Below are positions 24,921 through 36,400 of a DNA stretch of 64,000 bases, in pieces; position 1 is the stretch's first letter; each line of letters begins with the position of its first letter. The translations under genes and the position numbers were made by a program. The stretch comes from Vicugna vicugna (Eukaryota): positions 62,001 through 126,000 of the forward strand of contig MU058103.1 in NCBI GenBank assembly GCA_013265495.1, in the 5' to 3' direction. A model generated the notes under the pieces. That model had not been told where the DNA came from and made no database searches. It saw only the letters and a list, made by a program, of their open reading frames with translations.

Positions 24921-27881
24921 ATTTTCTAATGTTTCCACCACAATAATTGTAAACAAACAAACAAACAAAAAACTCAGAGCTTTCAGAGTTTGTTTTTTCT
25001 TATTTCCTGCTGTGTTTCATATACTTCTTTATTCTGTAGAACACATGACATAGACATGTGTTTTCCAGTTGTACATGGGATAACAGGACTACAGAGAAGA
25101 CTAATGCATGTTCCCTAAGCTCAGGAACTTGGGCAAATGACATGATAACTTAGAAAAAATAAGGCAGATTTTAGAACAACTAAGATACCATAGCAGTAAA
25201 TACCCATTTTACTGGAGGAGTTGCACAAAGGTTGCAGCTGTTGAGCTTGGTTTTGATGAAGAGGTTGACAAAGTCAAAAGAGTATGTGAAAAGTGTTCCA
25301 AGCCCTAGGAGCAATACAGCATTTATGGCGATATGAGAACAAATCATTTTTTGTTTTATTTTGGTTTTTGTTTTGTGTTGAAAATAGATAGAGGATGAAT
25401 GCAGAGCTATGATGGTGGTGAGCAAGGATATAGTATTGCAACAGGTGGGCAAGTGCCAGATGTAGAGAAATTCTATCCCATGCTAAGAAGCTTTAGTGAA
25501 TTTTTAAGCCAGAGAGAGTTATCTCAAAGCAGTAATGGACTGTGGCAATATTAATTGCAAGGATGGCAAAGATGCCAATCTTCCAAAAATATATCATTTC
25601 CCTGCAATTAAAAATAATTGGATTTCTTTTTACTGGAAAGAGTAAAATGTTATTCCTTCTGTCTGTGGATGCTGTTGTGATTTTCTATGTGCACTCCCTT
25701 TATAGAGGGATTCTTTAAAGGGAAAGGAACATTAAGGGAAGAATAATTTTGAACTGACAAAGAGTAAGACTCTTCCAAGGAGGTGTTACAAAATTCATCA
25801 TTGTGGTTACTCAGAGCCAGTGTGCACAAATGATAAATTATTCTATCCTTTTTCAACAGGAAATTATACTAATAACTTTCCAACTTTATTCAGAGTCTAA
25901 AAGTTGATTCTGTGGATGGTGGTGCACATACCTCCCATGGCTATCCTGTTCTCTTTGGCATAATTTTTTTTAAACAATTACCAAATTAAAATCAAGTAAC
26001 ATAATATAAAAATGTGATGTATTCTAGATGACTTGAGGCTGCAAAAGTAATGGAAAAGAATAAAAAATATTCCATGTTTTACTTGTCTAGATTGGCTAAA
26101 GTTTCTGTTCCTCAGAAGTTTTGTGATGTCTAGATTTACACATATTTATTGGGTTATCAAATGGACTAAATAACTTGCTTGCCCCATATGTGAAGAGTTT
26201 CATGCCCACATTCTCTTTTTCTTTTCCTCACCATTTCTCTATTTCTATCTCTCTTTTTCCCTGAAAAACAAAATGTTCTATTGAGTAGAAAAAGCTTTTC
26301 CCTCAGAATTTGACCTAGTGGTGAATCCTGAATCCCACATCGACTAGGTGTGTAGTTTTGCAAAGTCAGTAAAGGTTCCTGATTTCCATTTCCTTACCTA
26401 CAAAATACAGGTAATATTTATGTCACAAGTTTGCTCTAAAAAAGAAATGAGATAGTATGCTAGTATAATTTTATCTACCTGAAATATGAGTCATATTCAG
26501 ATATTAAGTGGTCTTGGATCCTAATTATGATTTGTTTAAATACTCAACGTTGCTAAAACTATTCATCATTTACATTACTTTAGAAATTCTGAGTTAAATT
26601 ATTATAGACTTGGTCACTAAAATGAATTGATGAATCCTTACATTTAAAAAATAATTTTATTATAATGATAAGATTGTTTTCCTGATATCCTGGCTTCTGA
26701 ATTCCTTGAGACATGGATGTTGTCTATCTTATCTTTGTATTCTTAAGGTGTAGCACCTTGATCAGACTCATAATAAGCATGTAATGTATGTTGAATGACT
26801 TTTTATTAATTGAGATACATTAGCAAAGGCTATTTGGCCTTATTAAATCATGTATCTAGGCATGACGTTCACCTCAATAATGAACATTTAAAAAGATGAT
26901 TTATTTTTAAATTATATTTCACCACCATGCCAAATTGATACAGGTTGACTGTCATCTCTTTCCATAAAATATTTAGAAGAAATTAAATGGAGCGATATAT
27001 CGTACTCAATTTGAAAATGGTGTTTTTGTTGTTTTTTATTGTTTTCAGGCATCAGGCCAGATCTGCTGTCAGCTATAGCTAAGGTTATATAAGATTCAGC
27101 TGGGATAAAGATCTGAAACCAACTTTCTGATTCATGGTATAATGAAAAATCAAGATACGATGGAATAGATCGACCATGACTCATTTCCAGATAATTTTAA
27201 GTTGAAATTAATCCTAGAAGTTCCAAAAATGTCTCTAGGCAGTGACATAGTAAATGGATTCTTACATAAATGTTTTAAAGCTATCCAAATTGCTCAGTGA
27301 AGTCCACATAATCATGCACATATAGAAACTAGTTGGTCTTACCTCCATTCAATAAATGCATTTGATACAGTTCAAGTATTTTTAAATCACCTGCTACATG
27401 AAGATTCAGCATGTTTTTATTTTCTCACAGGCTGAGTCTTGAGACATTTATTTCTCTCATTTGTTCTTTGATTTCTTATCAACAAAATGAAATAATTGGA
27501 ATAAGTTAATTGACAAGATTCTTCCTAGCTCTAATATCCTAATATCTTAAGTCTGTGATTAATTCCATTATTTTGATAATATGTTACTTTTATTATAAAT
27601 TATTTAACTTTTGAATTTTTGGTGAAACTATGTCTTTCATTTTTGTGCCTTTCAATCAGTCTAAGTATAAAGTCTAAACTCTTAATAGCCTCCTCTAATA
27701 TATCCAACCTCTTAATCTTCAACTCCTAATACTTTATCATATGTCATTGTCCTGGTTGCAGTTTTTGGAGCTACATAGGTACTAAAAGAGTACCTGAACC
27801 TAAGGGGCCATGAATTAAGCTATTTTGGAAAATAACCAGAGAATATTGATGTGTAGGACGCTTCACAGAGAATCTAGTTCA

Positions 27882-28065
27882 ACGGTTCTCCAGTTTTAGT
27901 GTGCATCAGATACATATAGAGGTCTTGTTCAAATATAGATTGCTGGGGCCCCTTCCCATACTTTCTAATTCAGTGGGTCTAACTGGCACCCAATAATTTG
28001 CATTTTTAACAAGTTTTCAAATGATGATAATGGTAATGGTCTGGAGCCACACTTTAAGAGCAATT
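27882..28065. mobile_element. MER5A-like hAT-Charlie MITE
   Basis: 'ggttctccagttttagtgtgcatcagatac...tagattgctgggg...tttctaattcagtgggtct...aatttgcatttttaacaagtt...ggtctggagccacactttaagagc'. Confidence 0.8.
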
Positions 28066-28165
28066 CCTCTAGGTCAACTCCCTTACTAGGACCAGGGAGT
28101 GGCAGTCCAAATTTACACAGCAGGTTAGTACCAATGAGGTCCAAAATATTCTGTATAGCACAATA

Positions 28166-30454
28166 CAGGCGTACCTCAAAGATATCTTGGGTTCAGTTCC
28201 AGACCACCACAATAAAGGGAGTATTGCAATAATGTGAGTCACATGAATCTTTTAGTTTCCCACTATGTATAAAAGTTATATTTATACTATACTGTATCTA
28301 TGAAGTGTGTAATGACACTTTGTCTAAAAAACATGCACACCTTCATTAAAAATACTTTGTTATTTAAAAATGCAAAGCATCATCTGCGCCTTTAGTGAAT
28401 CCTAATCTTTTTGCTGATGGAGAGCCTTGCTTTGATGTCGATGGCTGCTGACTGATCAGGGTGGTGGTTGCTGAAGGTTGGCGTGTCTGTGGCAACTTCT
28501 TAAAATAAGCCAACAATAAAGCTTGCCATATTAATTGATTCTTCCTTTCAAGAATTCTCTGCAGCATGCAATGCTGTTTGATAGTATTTTACCCACAGTA
28601 GAACTTCTTTCAAAATGGGAGTCAGTCCTTTCAAATCCTGCTGCTGCTTTATCAACCAAGTTTATATAATATTCTAAATCCTCTGCTGTCATTTAATTAT
28701 CTTCACATCATCTTCACCAGGAGTAGATTCCATCTGAAGAAACCACTTACTTCACTTATCTTTAAGCAACTCCTTATCCTTTCAAGTTTGATTATGAGAT
28801 TGTGGCAACTCAGTCACATCTTCAGGCTCCATTTGTAATTCTAGTTCTCTTGCCATTTCCACCACATCTGCAGTTACTTCCTCCACTGAAGTCTTGAACC
28901 CCACAAAGTCATCTTTGAGGGTTGGATCAACTTCTTCCAAACTTTTGTGAATGTTGATTCTTTGACCAGTTTCCATGAATCCCAAATGTTCTTTATGGCA
29001 TCTAGAATGGTGAATCCTATCCAGAATGTTTTCAATTTATTTTGCCCGGATCCATCAGAAGAATCACTATGGTAGCTGTAGTCTCACAAAATGTATTTAA
29101 GTAATAAGACTTGAAAGTTGAAATTAATCCTTGATCCATGGGCTGCAGAATGGATGTTGTGTTAGGAGGCATGAAAACAACTTTAATATCATTGTACATC
29201 TCCATCAGACTCTTGGGTAACCAGGTATATTGTCCATAAGCAGTACTATTTTGAAAAGAATCTTTTTTTGTGTGTGTGAATGGTAGGTCTCAACAGTCAG
29301 CTTAAAATGTTCAGTATATGATGTTGTAAACAGGTATGCTGTCATCCAGGCTTTCTTTTTCTTTTTTTAAAATATTTTTTATTGATTCATAATCATTTTA
29401 CAATGTTGTGTCAAATTCCAGTGTAGAGCACAATTTTTCAGTTATACATGAACATATATATATTCATTGTCACTTTTTTTTCTCTGTGAGCTACCATAAG
29501 ATCTTGTATATATTTCCCTGTGCTGTACAGTATAATCTTGTTTATCTGTTCTACAATTTTGAAATCCCAGTCTATCCCTTCCCAGCCCCCGCCCCCTTGG
29601 CAACCTATTTTTCCATTTATAGTGTACAAGCAGAGTAGATTTAGCATAATTTTTAAGGGGTTTTCAGAGTAGTAAATGAGCATTGGCTTCTACTTAAAGC
29701 CACCAGCTACATTACCACCTAAACAAGTCAGCCTTTCCTTTCAAACTTTTTCACTAGGCATTGACTTTTCCTCTCTAGCTATGAGAATCCTAGATGGCAT
29801 CTTCTTCCAACATTACATGGTTTTGTCTACACTGCAAATCTGTTGTTTAGTGGTGCCACCTTCATTAATTATCTGAGCTAGATCACCTGGATAACTTGCT
29901 GTAGCTTCTACATCAGCCTTTGTTGCTTTACCTTGCACTTTGATATTACAGAGATAGCTCCTTTCCCTAAATGTCATAAACCAACGTCTTCTAGTTTTGA
30001 ACTTTTCTTCTGCAGATTCCTCATCTTTTTCAGCTTTCACAGAATTGGAGAGTTAGGGCCTTACTTGGAATTAGGCTTTGGCTTAAGGGACTGTTGTGGC
30101 TGGTTTAATCTTCTATTCAGACCACTGAAGCTGTCAGAACAGACAACATCTGTTGATTGAGTTCACCATCTTATATAGGTGTGGTTCCTGGTGGCCAAAA
30201 TCAATTACAATAGTAACATCAAAATCACTGGTCACAGATCACCATAACAAACATAATAACAATTAAAAAAGTTGGAGATATTGTGAAAGCTGCCAGCATG
30301 TGACACAGAGACTCTAAGTGAGTAAATGCTGTTGGAAAAATGGCACTGATAGCTTTTCTTAATACAGGGTTGCCACAAACCTTCAATTTCCAAAAAAAAA
30401 CACAATATCTGGGAAGCAAAATAAAATTAAATGCAATAAAACAACATATGCCTG
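28166..30454 (-). mobile_element. Tigger1 (pogo/TcMar) DNA transposon with a decayed transposase
   Basis: Termini CAGGCGTACCTC (28166, preceded by TA) and ...ATATGCCTG (30454). Minus-strand peptides match the Tigger1 transposase: 'EEKFKTRRRWFMTFRER..IKVQGKATKADVEATASYPGDLAQIINEGG', 'DDFVGFKTSVEEVTADVVEMARELELQMEPEDVTEL', '[24 protein letters not shown]'. Multiple frameshifts. Confidence 0.95.
29353..29605 (-). mobile_element. Young L1 3'UTR fragment nested inside Tigger1
   Basis: T-rich tail, then 'attgattcataatcattttacaatgttgtgtcaaattccagtgtagagcacaatt', nearly identical to 60553-60775. Tigger sequence 'atccaggcttt' | 'ttccatttatag' resumes on either side. Confidence 0.9.
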
Positions 30455-32489
30455 TGCCTAGTCCTAGTATTTTCTTCCATTAAATTAATGTTTCTGATAG
30501 TATATTCTGTGGAACACTACTTGTATCACATAGGGAGTACACATTCAAGTAAATAACAACTAGTTATTTACTCTTTTTGCAATTATATTTACCAGAATAC
30601 ACATTTCTTCATTTCTAAATATTATGATTAAAGAAGCCTCTACCAACTCTTCAATTACTAATTTTTACAAATGTTTTCTTAGGTAATTTTATTTTTGCTT
30701 TCGTGGCTTTATAATCAATTCCACTGGTATGCTTCCAGATTGATATTTATCATCCTTTTTCCTTACCAGAACTTCTGTCTTACTATTATAGCCATAGTCA
30801 TGATCGGCTGAAACTGATCAGCTTCTAACTGAAAATATTTGATTTTCAACACAGTAGTATGTATTTTCCTATGAGGGTCCTGACGTCTTATTAATATACA
30901 AAATCATCATCCACAAATGAGTTTCACTTGGGAGAAGGACGATCAGGTTAGGAATTTGTTTGTTTGTATGAATGTATGTATGTATTTAAGATTTTCTGTA
31001 TTTGGGCCTTACTGCTTTAGTCAAACAAGGCACTATATGAATATCAGTCAAAAGGGCTGGAAAATGATGAGTGTGTCATGCCAAAAGACAAGATGATTTT
31101 AAACGTCTTATCCTTTAAATGGATGTAGAACTATTCTAAGACAAATGCCTTTCCCATTTATCTTTTAGTAAACTAGCCCTTGCCCTAGCCCAGAAAACCA
31201 AACTATGAACTACTCAGAAAAGATGCAGCAGCTCTGCTAAAATATGTAACTCTATATGGGGAAGAGGCAAATAGTTCTAGATTTTCCTAGAATGAAAGAG
31301 AAAAATAAAGCATCTAGAATGTAGTCGAGCCAGGGAGAAAAATTCCTGAAACTTTTACACAAGCTGATCTGGATAATGGAAAGCATCCAACTTTTTCAGG
31401 CAGGCAGACCAAAGCATGAATGATATTTCCCTCCTTATCTATCTGGCCGTGACCTATGAGAAATGACTTAATCCCTTGGAATCTGTTTTCTCATCTGTCA
31501 AAAATGGTGTGAATAACATTTTTTTTTTCTAGTTTATAGTGAGGATAGCTCCGCTGAATGCAGGAGGGCATCTGTCCATTGTTAACTTATGTCCGTATAA
31601 CACTAGTTAAAGGAAAGAATGCAGGAGAATAAATCACTTTAATCCTTCAACTTTATCCCATAGAGATAAGTATATCTATCTTAAGATGGATAAACACACT
31701 AAAATGCCAATGGGTATGTGGGCATTATGATTTAGATGGTATCATTGCATTTTTGCAACTGTTTGATAATTAACCAAAAGCTGACCATGTCACAGGTTTT
31801 GAGAAAATTAAGTCTATTTTGTCATAATTCTAGGTCATTATTAAATATACTTTCATTTCCTCCATCCAGAATCTTGGTTGTCCCAACTGTTAAGTAGATG
31901 ATCTAACAAATATAAATTATGTTCAATCAAAGGAAGATGTGGAGCACTGTGATAGAATTTGATATCCTTATTGAGTTATATAACTTCCAAAAAAAATAAA
32001 GTTTTGGTAAGTTGTGCTTCAGTGTCTTTTCACTGTTTCTTTCTTGTCTCATTTATTCTTCTCTAGTTAATTTTCAGTCTGTTGGATGGCAAGTCAGAGG
32101 AAGTAGTGTTGACTGATAGATTTAGTTCAACACAGGTTTTTTACAAAACATTCGCTTTCCTTACAAAGGAAGGGATCTTGACTCTACTCCTCAGCCCTTG
32201 TGTGCACTAGAGCTCCGGGACATCTGTTTAATGTCTGTGGCCTGCCCACGCAGCTACTTGACTCCAAAATATGGACAATTTTGTTGGCAACTTGGCCTCA
32301 TTACACACCCACACACTTCCTCTGAGCAGTGCTCCAAGACTAACTCGGTAAGACTATGTGCCTATTTATTTCTAAGATGTTTCAAGTCCAAACATCGTAG
32401 GAAGGAGATGAAAGAATAATGTCACACTGTGAGAAAAACACGATTGCTATGAAACTGTCTGAGAGCTTTTAGAATTTTTAACTAAGCTG

Positions 32490-32645
32490 GCTGTGGATTC
32501 AAAGTGAAATTTCTATAATACGTACTGGATCGTGTGATCCCTTCATTTAAAATCCTCTCAGTGGCATGCTGTGGATTCAAATTGAAATTTCTATAATATA
32601 TACTGGATCGTGTGATCCCTTCATTTAAAATCCTCTCAGTGGCAT
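32490..32645 (+). repeat. 78-bp tandem duplication
   Basis: Copies at 32490-32567 and 32568-32645 differ at about 3 positions. Confidence 0.95.
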
Positions 32646-32649
32646 TCTG

Positions 32650-33090
32650 TGTATTCAGGAGGAAGCTTGAACTCTTTCAGATTTATCAGTCTCACTCTGG
32701 TCTGGGCTCTGTTGTCTTTCAGGTTTATACCTAGTTGCTCTTCAATAGGGAACCATGCCCCTACCATAGAATATTGCCCCCATTTTCTCCCAAGGCTATG
32801 GTCTCTTGCCTCTGAACCTATGGTACATTCTTAGGCTCCAGCCTTTTCTTTAAGCCCTGCTTAAGCATCATCACCTCTTGGAATTATTCTTCGACCACAT
32901 TTACCTGGATTAGGCACCCTTATATCTCCTTATTTGTTTCATAGTCCCAGGCGCTGTCTTGTTGTTAACTCTTTACTTGCAGTCCTTTTCCATAGTAATG
33001 TGAATTCTATATCTCACTCATTTCTATGTCCCAGGAGCCTATCGCATTATCTTGCACCTTGGAAGTCCTCCATAAATGTTCAAAAAGAGC
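32650..33090 (+). mobile_element. L2 3' fragment
   Basis: 'ctgcttaagcatcatcacctcttggaatt', 'ggattaggcaccc', 'cattt ctatgtcccaggagcctatcgcattatcttgcaccttggaagtcctccataaatgtt'. Confidence 0.55.
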
Positions 33091-33176
33091 AATGCCTCTA
33101 CTCATCCAACATGAAGAATATGTCTGATGGTTAGAAGCCACTCTTAGCCCTTCTAATATTTGATTTTTAAAAATAC

Positions 33177-33266
33177 TTTATTTTTTTTAATGGAAGTGGG
33201 GGGATTAAACTCAGGACCTTGTGCATGGTAAGCACATGCTCTACCACTGAGCTATTCCCCACCCCC
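33177..33266 (-). mobile_element. tRNA-derived SINE, Vic-1-like (camelid), full length
   Basis: Minus strand reads GGGGTGGGGAATAGCTCAGTGGTAGAGCATGTGCTTACCATGCACAAGGTCCTGAGTTTAATCCCCCCACTTCCA plus an A tail. It has a tRNA-Ala-like body with an A box (TAGCTCAGTGG) and a degenerate B box. Confidence 0.85.
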
Positions 33267-33363
33267 ATAATAACAGCTCAGACCTCCATGGGTGCTGAGG
33301 ATCAAATAGATCATATGTTCAAGGCAAAATTAACTACTACCATTATTGCGGTTATTGTCATTA

Positions 33364-33410
33364 TTTTTTTTTTTATTGATGGAGTTACTGGGGATTGAAC
33401 CAAGGACTTC
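33364..33410 (-). mobile_element. 5'-truncated second copy of the same tRNA-derived SINE
   Basis: Minus strand reads GAAGTCCTTGGTTCAATCCCCAGTAACTCCATCAAT plus poly-A (B box GGTTCAATCCC). Confidence 0.8.
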
Positions 33411-36400
33411 CTGCTAACATTTGAATTTTGAAATTGCCCCTCTCCCATCCCATGACATCATTACTCCAAACTCCAAGTCACACTCAATCTTGAGTAATGA
33501 TGTATTGAGAAGGCATGGCCCGTGTTGTAGTCTAGCTTTGCCATTGGGTCTGTTTACCTAGTAGAACAGGCATGCTAAGGATGTGCTTAGGCATCAGCAA
33601 ATTTATCTTTTAGGAAATTATATCTGTTATTCCAGAAAAAGAAATTGGTTATGGGAAAAGTCAGAATATTGGTTGACTTTCTTACATATATAGTATAGTT
33701 TCATATGATTTTTATTTAAGAAAAAATAGACATGAAGGAACAGCATACTAATTTTAATGCTTGAGGCTTCTAGAGGCCTGATACAGCCCCAATACCACAA
33801 ATGTATGAGGTTGAGTTAATTATTCACTTTTCTATGCCTCAGTTTGATCTTATTTAGTAAATGAATGTAAGAAAACCTACCTCTCAGAGGGTTTGTGAAA
33901 AGTCAGTGAATTAAAGTATATGAGCAAACTGAGTAGTTGCTGGCATAGATTAAGTACTTTCTAAGTGCCACCATTGATGACTGTCCAATTGGTTTCTGCT
34001 TTTGTTTCTGAGAATTAAAGTTTAAGTCATAAAAATAGGATGACTTTCATACATTCTTCATTCTTGATGCTGCATATGTATCGATGACTAGATGAATGCA
34101 TTTAGTGAAGCTCTATTTCAATTCACTGATAGTGACTATTAGGTGTTATGTTTAAATATGGATATTTATGTACACACATATACAGTAGTCATAATGGTGC
34201 ATCAGGATTTTTTTAAAAGAGATTTTAATCTAAGAGGCTAGCTTGCTAATTTTGTTTTCCTACACATAGTGATATAGATAATGAAGCAAAACATATTTAA
34301 AAAATACCATCCCTTTTCCTCAAAGGAGTCCAGTTCGTTCCCCTACTTCTAAGAATTTTTCTGCCTTAAATTTTGTGCATTTAAATATAAAATTATTTTT
34401 TAAAATAACTAACAATAGCAGCCTTCAAAAATAAGTTATATCTTGGTTTTATCTGTTTTGATGTTTTAATCTTTTACTGAGCATTTTTATTTAACTGATA
34501 TTATGCCATAGATATAACTTAATATAGGGCCTTTATTTCCTTAATGTAAGTAAACATTAATTCTGTATCTTTAAATGCTCTCATTCTTTGCTAGCCTCAT
34601 TTTAGTGGTCTTAGACCATTCTAGTTTAACTACTCCCCTGCTTAGACAAGGTCCATTAGACCTTGACCATCTCTCATTCCACCCCATACTCTGTAAGACA
34701 AGGTTAACTCCCCAAGTCAGGTGCTTCAAAGCCCTTATCCCAGTTTTTATTATATATTATGTTATTTTACTATTGTGATTATGACTTAAGTTCAGTTGTT
34801 CATGTAATAATCTGCTTAATGTTTCTCTCTCATTAGACTGTAAGATTCATAATATCTGAGATGATTCCTGTCTCTTTGTCACTGTGCTTTAACTACAAAG
34901 CACAGGACAGTAACTTGCTCTTAACAGATTCTCTGTAAATGACTGTGAATGTATTGTATTTTGTTATTCTATGCATGCTTTACTCAAACTTATGGGGAGT
35001 TTAATGGGAATCCATTCTGATATCTCAGGCTCATTTGGAAAACAGACAGGATAGCCCTACCCTGCTTCTATTAACAGATCAGGGGAGGATGACCAAAAAT
35101 ATAGTACAGTATCTACCACTCAGATGAATCTTCCAGCCTAGTCCCAAGAATTGACATCCAAAACCTGAAATAAAAGTCATGGTGAAAATGATCAAAGTTG
35201 TTTCACTAGAACCCTTACGGGACTTTTGAACTACAAGAACCTAGTAGGATTGGTGCCAGTAATTTTGACTGAGGAGGAAGAGAGTGGCAGAGATCTTTAG
35301 GCCAGAGCCCTTCATATAAATACCAGAGCTCTCAACCCTAAGCTTTCACAATAATTTCCATATCATAGTATTTGATCATATAGGACTTGTTTATTTCTTT
35401 TCTAGCATGGACAACAAAGGAAGACAATTTTGATGAGGTATTGAATAGTGATAAACAAACTAGTTCTAGAACATGTGAAACCCTTCTCTATTGTCTATCA
35501 TAAATATTTAAAAGAAACATGGGGACCTGAAACTTCCATGAAGTGAGAATTCTGGAAATGCTATTTGTGACCCTGACCTAATTTTTTTTCCCTCATAGTA
35601 TGACTTATAATCTACAAATTATGTCCCCAAAATAATCATAAAATATATTTTTCCTTGTAAGATCAGGTGAAATCAAAAGCATCAAGTAGTTAGAACTTAG
35701 TACCATATCTCTGATCCAGTGAAAAGTTATATTTGACTTGGAGAGTTGAGCAGAATTAGGTACCACCGACTTGATTATTGATTATGTAGATTTGGGAAAC
35801 TCTCTGAAGCTCAGTTTTTTGATCTATAAAATGTATGCAGTCACCTTTATATTAGGATTGTTATGAAGCACAAATGAGGTACTACTTCTTCACTGTACAA
35901 CAGTGTGTAAGGCTAACAGTTTGCTGTTATTAAGAATTGATCACTTATTTGTTTGCTGATCCCACTTTATCCTTCCTGGAACTGCAGTTAGGATTTTACT
36001 CCTAGTTTTAGTATCACTTTATATTTCTATTAACATCAAAGATAAGAGCAAAACTCATTTATGAATAAAATGATAACTTCTGATCTATAGAAATGATCGT
36101 ATTCTTGTGAGCTTGTGAGAAGACAAATTCATCTCTCTGATTTAACTACTTTTGATGTTTATTTTCAAGTTGGCCTGCTTTCAGGGCTTGCATTTTTTAA
36201 ATTATTTATTCAGATTAAAAGAAGACTCTTCCTAAAATATTCATTGCAATATAGATGCTTTGTCATTTGGTACCCTTAGACTTAAAATAATCTTTGTAAA
36301 CTTTCCTATTCAGATAATGAATTCTGGTGATATTTAGATTGAACTCAGTGAGACTTCAGATGGGAACATGCTGTTTGTGTATTTCTCCAAATATTTCTGA

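Noticed and set aside
26310..26325. Additional CTCF-like motifs (here and at ~56761)
   Set aside because: Both lack the terminal GGC of the core, so they are weaker matches than 17298-17314.
28364..30040. Domesticated TIGD1-like transposase gene
   Set aside because: Frameshifts, loss of the N-terminus and an L1 insertion in the ORF show a fossil.
32490..32645. CRISPR-like or prokaryotic repeat-spacer array
   Set aside because: Only two abutting copies with no spacers, in mammalian DNA. No array-like structure is seen anywhere in the window.
33177..33266. tRNA-Ala-like gene
   Set aside because: The poly-A tail, 5' G-rich extension, degenerate B box and a truncated sibling copy indicate a SINE rather than a functional tRNA.
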